A stretch of DNA of 64,000 nucleotides, from NCBI RefSeq assembly GCF_009914755.1, contig NC_060938.1; one strand, written 5' to 3'. The notes under the pieces are model-generated. The model saw only the letters and a program-made list of their open reading frames with translations. It made no database searches and had not been told where the DNA came from. The translations under genes and the position numbers were made by a program. The stretch comes from the human T2T-CHM13v2.0 reference genome, Homo sapiens. Positions 57,466 through 64,000 of the stretch are shown here, piece by piece. The first letter of the stretch is position 1. Each line of letters begins with the position of its first letter.

Positions 57466-58136
57466 CTAAACACAATGGATGCTGGCAAGACTGCAGAGAA
57501 AAGGGAAAACTTATACACTGCTAGAGGGAACGTAAACTAGTTCAGCCACTGTTGAAAGCGGTTTGGAGATTTCTCAAAGAACTTAAAACAGAACTACCAT
57601 TCAACCCAGCAATTGTACTGCTGTGTATATACCCAAAGAAAAATAAATTGTTCTACTAAAAAGATACATGCATTCATATGTTTATTGCAGCACTATTCAC
57701 AATAGTAAAGACATGGAATCAATGGAAATGCCCAATAATAATGGAGGGGATAAAGAAAATTTGGAACATATACATCATGGAATACTACATACACATAAAA
57801 AAAAAATCATGTCCTTTGCTGCAACATAGATGCAGCTGGAGGCCATTATACTAAGTGAACTAATGCAGGAACAGAAAACCAAATACCACACGTTCTCACT
57901 TGCAATTGGGAACTAAATATTGAATACGCATGGACACAAATTGAGGCAGAATAGACAAAAGGACCTGCTTGATGGAGGAGGATGGGAAGAGGGTATGGTT
58001 TGGAAGGCTATTTATCATGCACTGTGCTCACTACCTGAGTGACAGGATCATTTTGGGCACCAAGCCTCAGTAACATAAAAATTACCCATGTAACAAACCT
58101 GCATATGTATCTCCTGAATCTAAAATAAAAGTAGAA

Positions 58137-58498
<362 letters not shown>

Positions 58499-59079
58499 TC
58501 ACATCCTCTAAAAAGTAATTAAAATATAATTCAACTTCCATTCATAAAATTTTAAAACCTCTTAAAGTAGTATTAAAAACAAACTTTCTTAATTTGATAA
58601 AGATTTTCTGCAAAATACTTTCAACTCTACACATAATGATGAAATATCAAAAGATTTCTCCTGAAACTCAAAACAAGATAAGAATGTCATACGATCAACA
58701 CTTCTTTTAATACTGTACTAGGATCCAAATCCAGAACAATAAGGGAAGAACACATCAAAAACACTTAAGAAAGCTCCAGGGAAGAAAAAAAAAATATCAT
58801 TAGAAATGACTTGTTCATAGACAATCAAAATTATTGATTGTCTACAAATAATTACTATTTAATGAGTTCCATGGATATGAGATCAACATATGCAAATCAG
58901 TTGTATTTAAATATAACAAAAACTGAAAAATGGAAAATGATATTTAAAATTCAACAAGCCTTTTATGATTTATCAGAAAACGTGTATCTAGGCAAAAATC
59001 TAATTAAAGACATCTTCACTGAAACTATGAAATATCAAGAGAAATCAAAAACCAAAATAAATGGAATTATCACATTTAA

Positions 59080-59273
59080 GAACACCTGAAATCTACTCTT
59101 TTGGCAATTTTCCAGTATACAGTACCATGTTATACACAAAGCAACTAGGTAAAGGCATGAATATGTTAATTTATTGACTACAGTAATTATTTCATTATGT
59201 ATATTAAAAAATCATGTTATACAGCTTAAATATATACAATAAAATAAAATTTTTTAAAAAAATTGAAAAAAGA
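59080..59273 (+). mobile_element. 194-bp L1MA8/9-type 3' end with 5' inversion (twin priming)
   Basis: 59080-59133 is antisense L1MA 3' UTR; 59134-59273 is the adjacent sense 3' end plus A-tail; 15-bp TSD AATTATCACATTTAA. Confidence 0.85.
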
Positions 59274-59786
59274 AATTATCACATTTAATAATTTGAAGAT
59301 TCATTATCATGCAATTGAGAATTCTTCATCAAATTGTTCTCAAATCTCAATGCATTATAATCACAATGTAAATCTCAGCAAGTTTCGTGTGCACGGGGAA
59401 AGTTAGAAGGTATAGTGAGGGAGACCGATAAACTGACTGTATCAAAAATATCAAAGACAGTCTTGGAGAAGAGGAACATAGTTGGAGGATGCACACATCC
59501 AGATATGAGGACTTATGTTAGCACTACAGTAATCCAGATGGCATCCTAATGATGCAAAGATAAACAACCAGAAGAAGCTAAGGAAAGTTTAGAAACAACC
59601 ATACAAGTATGAATAATTTATGACAGAGATGGCACTTACATTTTAGTAAACATTGAAATTCAAAAAGTATTGTATCCTACCCTGTACCAAACACACACAC
59701 CCCCTCAATTCTAGATAGTTTGCAAATAAAAACGTGAAACAACAATCATTCTGGAAAATATCAGGAGACTATCTTCATTAACTCTG

Positions 59787-60249
59787 TGTACTAGGCTGAA
59801 TAATGGCCTCCTAATCCTTGAAATCTGTAAATGTTATCTTATTTGGAAAAAGCAATGTTTTAGATGTAATTAAGGATCTTTAGATGGAGAAATTGTCCAG
59901 GATAATGAGTGCACACTAAATGCAATTACATGTATTCTTATGAAAGGAAGGTTGAGGGAGATGCTGACTAAACAGACAGAAGAGGTGAAGGCAACGTGAA
60001 GAGGTGGTGAGCATAGTGATGCAGCCACAAGTCACAGAACAACAGTAGCCATCAGAAGCTGGAGGAAGCAAGGAAGGGATTCTCCCTCGAAACCTCCAGA
60101 GAGTATGTGGCCCTACCAATTCTTTGATTTCCACCCAGTGATACTAATTTTGGGCTTTTGGCTTCAGAACTGCGAGAGAAAAAAATTCCATTTTTTTAAG
60201 CCACCAAATTTTTGAGAATGTGTTCTAGCAGGTACAGGAAACGAATACA
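59787..60249 (+). mobile_element. MLT1C/D solo LTR
   Basis: TGTACTAGGCTGAATAATGGCC...GATGCAGCCACAAG...CAGAAGCTGGAGGAAGCAAGGAAGGGATTCTCCC...GGAAACGAATACA. Confidence 0.88.
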
Positions 60250-61099
60250 CGTAAATAGAGATTGTCAAAATATATCACCAGAAACACTGATCATAAAGAA
60301 AAATATTGATAAGTTAGACTTTATTAAAAGGAAGAATGTTCATCAAAAGACATCATTAAGACAATGAAAAAGGAGGCTAGCAATGGAGAAGATATTTACA
60401 GCATATAAAATTGACAAAGGACTTTTGTCCAGAAAAACATACATAAATCAATAAGAAAAAAAAGACAACAAAAAATAGATGAAAATATCTAGGAAGATAC
60501 TCTACAAAATAGCAGGTGTAAATCATCAGTAAGAAAATGTTGCCAACTCCACTATTCATTAGGAAGCATAAAGTAATACCATAATGATATACAACTACAT
60601 CCCTGCCAAACTGGCTATGATAAAGCAATTGACAATATGAAGCATTGGTGTGTCCATGAATAGAAACTTTGCAAAAGTGTCTATAACTTAGCAAAGCTAT
60701 TCTGGGAATGTGTCAGGCAGTACAAACTGAAGTTGAACATACACGTTCTTATGACCTCAAAATCCTATTCTATTTCTAGAAGTATACAAAAAAGAAAAGT
60801 GTTTGTGTGTGTGTACCCAAAATATGCACAAGATCATTATAATAGTGTTTCTAATAACACCAAACATGTAACAAAAAAAAATGAATTTCCAATGGAGAAG
60901 AATGTGAGGGTGGCTGATGATGTGCTGATAACATTTGTCACTCAGTCTGTGTAGTGACTCTCTCAGTTTATTTAGTGACAATGCATTGAGCTTTACCATA
61001 ACAATTTGTGTACATTTTTCTATGTTATACTTTCATAAAAATATTTTTTTAAATGGCACTATTAAACCTCTTTACTCTTCCATACGTAATTCCAACAAA

Positions 61100-62310
61100 T
61101 ATTCTTGGAATTTTTAATGAAAATTGTCAGAATATATACATTTTTATGAGAGGAATTGTCATTCTAATAACACTGCATCTCCCCATACATAAGCACAGTT
61201 TTCATTAGTATTTACATAATATTTAGATATATATATGTGTGTGTGTATATATATATATCTCACTAATGCATATATGCATAGCATACTGTGTATATATTCC
61301 ACCATGTGGGTCTTACACTTTGTAGGTTTTATACTTAAATGCTACTGGGAAAAGTATTTTTTTAATACACTTTCCCAATTGGTTTTTTACTGCATAGAGA
61401 ATTGCTCTTGGTACTACTTTATCTGTTGATACTATTGGATTTTTTTCAATTCAGCAATCATTTTATCAGCAAATAATAAAATTTTATTTTTCCTTTTTTA
61501 TAATTGTATCTCCTCTTTTAAAAATGTTGCTTTATTGGACACCTCAAGTTAAATATTGAATAGAAGCCATTGTAACTAGTATCCTTTCTTTTTCTTGACA
61601 TTAAATGTTTCTAATACTTGTGCCTTAATTATTATGGTTATTTTGGGGTTTATAGCATTTAAAATAAATATATTTTAAAATATTCAACAAATTCTTGCAT
61701 ATTGATGTTAAATCCTACTTGCTTCTGATGCATTTTATCTACGTATTATTTGATAGATTTTGTAAATAATTTCATAGTATTTTTACCTCTATGTTCATAA
61801 CATATAATTTTTATTTTTCTTACTGTCCTTGTCCAGTTTTATGGCAAAGAAATACTAACCCTTCAGAAGGATTTGGAAGACCAATTGCTCTTTAATCTAT
61901 AGAGTAGTATATATGACATTGGCATTATCTTTTCTTTAAGGTTTTGCAAAGTGCCCTTGTAATCCCTTCTAAACCCAGGATTTTGAAAGGTGGAAGGTGG
62001 GCACAGAATATGGAACAAAGATTCCATTTATTCAGTAGTTGTAGGTTTTAGTTTTTACTTCTTCTCTGAGGCTATTTTGATATTTTAAGTGTTTTTCGGA
62101 ACATTTTTTATCTAATCTTTCAGCTTTATTCGTATAAATTTGCTCATTTTGTTGATAATGTGAACAAGTAAAATGTAACATAATCTATGTCCCCTTTTTA
62201 TACTGAATACTGTTTTTTCATCTCTTAATCATTCTTGTTAGGTGGTGGTGAATTTATCTTTTCAAATAATCAGCTCCAGGTTGAGTTTATCTTAGCTACT
62301 ATCTCTTTGT
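61100..62310 (-). mobile_element. Ancient L1 (L1ME-type) ORF2 fragments
   Basis: T-rich decayed antisense ORF2 motifs (TATTTTTACCTCTATGTTCATAA, TATTGAATAGAAG). Confidence 0.5.
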
Positions 62311-63000
62311 GAAAAATATATTTTTCAGTTGAATACAATTAAATTTGAAGTGATCTGAAATTATATCATCAATTTATATACAATAGAAGACATATCTGGC
62401 TAGATTACCAATATGAGTAATTTTCTAATAAAATTCACTCTTGGTAGGGAAGATCAATTGTAAGATTTTTGAATTAATAAAAAAGAAAGATTTTTTAAGA
62501 GATTTTTTACAAGCATGGCTAGATGGATGATTGTTATTCTTCAATTAAGGCATATTTCTGTCTTAAGTACCACAATTATTCCTTAGGAATCAATGTCTTC
62601 TTTCCTCTTCATTGTCTGTCATATATTAATAACAGGTACTCAGTCTTATGTCTTAAGTTGAATAAGTGAAGGAGGCAAACTAACGCATTTTTATGTTCTG
62701 TCATTTTTTTATTTCAGTTGTATTCTTCTCATCTTTATTGACTAATTCCAGAAATAAATATTCAGCACTATTCTGGGACATGACAACACACTTGTAAATA
62801 GCAACAGGAAGGTCCTGATTCCCAGAGCTTACATTCTTTCATGAGGAAAGTTCGAAAATAGACAAGTAAAGAAATAAAGACAATGCCAAATAGAGGGGAA
62901 GGAGCATACTATCTGAAGTGGTTATCAAAGATATCTCTGAAAATATATTTCTGATACCAAAATTATGAAAATGAACCAGTCATGAGAAAATAAACTACTG

Positions 63001-63272
63001 GCCAGGCACAGCAGCTCACACCTGGAATTCTAGCACTTTGGGAAGCCAAGGCAGATGGATTGCCTGAGTTCAAGACCAGCCTGGGCCACATGGCGAAGCC
63101 ATATCTCTACTAAAAATACAAAAAATTAGCTGGGCGTGGTGGCCTGTGCCTGTAATCTCAGCTACTCAGGAGGCTGAGGCATGAGAATTGCTTGAACCTG
63201 GGAGGCAGAGGTTGCAGTGAGCCAAGATCATGCCACTGAACTCCAGCCCTAGGCCACAGAGTGAGACTCCGT
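63001..63272 (+). mobile_element. AluS whose tail is replaced by a purine array
   Basis: Dimeric Alu ending GAGACTCCGT, directly followed by (GGAA)n. Confidence 0.92.
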
Positions 63273-63387
63273 GGAAGGAAGGAAGGAAGGAAGGAAGGAA
63301 GGAAGGAAGGAAGGAAGGAAGGAAGGGGAGAGAGGGGAGAGAGGGGGGAGGGGGAGAGAGGGGGGAGGGAGAGAGAGAGAGAGAAAG

Positions 63388-63438
<51 letters not shown>

Positions 63439-63592
63439 GAAAGAAAGAAAGAAAGAAAGGAAGGAAGGAAGGAAGGAAGGAAGGAAGGAAGGAAGGAAGG
63501 AAGGAAGGAAGGGGAGAGAGGGGAGAGAGGGGGGAGAGGGGAGAGAGGGGGGAGAGGGGAGAGAGGGGGGAGGGAGAGAGAGAGAGAGAAAG

Positions 63593-63634
<42 letters not shown>

Positions 63635-63693
63635 GAAGGAAGGAAGGAAGGAAGGAAGGAAGGAAGGAAGGAAGGAAGGAAGGAAGGAAGGAA
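63273..63693. repeat. Compound purine-only microsatellite: (GGAA)13-G/GA-rich-(GAAA)n, repeated twice, then (GGAA)15
   Basis: Directly visible; 421 nt with no pyrimidine on the + strand. Confidence 0.98.
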
Positions 63694-64000
63694 CTGGGAA
63701 TGCATTTGAAAGAAAAGTCTATAATGAATACAAAGACCAAAGAGATTGGCATGTTTGAGTAAGAGCAGGAACCCAGGGAAGAAGAGGGGCCCTGAAGATG
63801 ATGGAGTACGTAGGAGTCAGATCACATCATGCCTTGTAGGCCAAGGTTTGTTTTGATCCTGAACACAGTAGCAAGTTACTATACATTTTTTATTATTTTG
63901 CTTTTTGTTTATATTTATGTTTTAACAGATTGTTATGACCTAATTTCCCTTTTTAAAAGATCATTTTAAAACACTTTGGCAACTTTGTTCCTATTCTCAC

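Larger units (their letters stand above)
62740..63980 (-). mobile_element. L2 fragment interrupted by an Alu and a purine microsatellite
   Basis: AGAGCTTACATTCT, GGCATGTTTGAG and GCCTTGTAGGCCAAGG antisense L2 motifs on both sides of the Alu. Confidence 0.55.

Noticed and set aside
63166-63762. Five overlapping 159-179 aa ORFs
   Set aside because: Low-complexity translations of the purine microsatellite, which cannot contain stop codons

Overview
Primate (most likely human) AT-rich intronic or intergenic DNA, mostly transposable elements. No intact protein-coding gene, RNA gene, CpG island or CRISPR array is supported. It contains about 15 Alus and a full-length but dead L1PA7-type LINE (25406-32123) carrying a nested younger L1 3' end and a 23-bp micro-inversion in ORF1. 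It also contains a complete MaLR (MSTA/THE1D-type) provirus with a perfect TSD, several solo LTRs (HML-5 LTR22, THE1B, MST, MLT1, two ERV1 MER67/MER89-like), and a ~15-kb ancient L1 (46.2-61 kb) hosting many nested insertions. The only recognisable host-gene sequence is a 5'-truncated processed pseudogene of the CNC-bZIP factor NFE2L3 (from ~52601). It abuts a 5'-truncated L1PA15/16 in the same orientation, so it may be an mRNA-L1 template-switch chimera. Other notable structures: an internally deleted L1MA with both ends and a TSD, a 194-bp twin-primed L1, an ungapped 197-bp local duplication containing a microsatellite, a 421-nt purine-only GGAA/GAAA array with higher-order duplication, and a strong 39-nt minus-strand candidate exon. 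I found no evidence for a wholly new biological system. Subfamily names come from remembered consensus sequences and need RepeatMasker/Dfam confirmation; boundaries of old elements are approximate.
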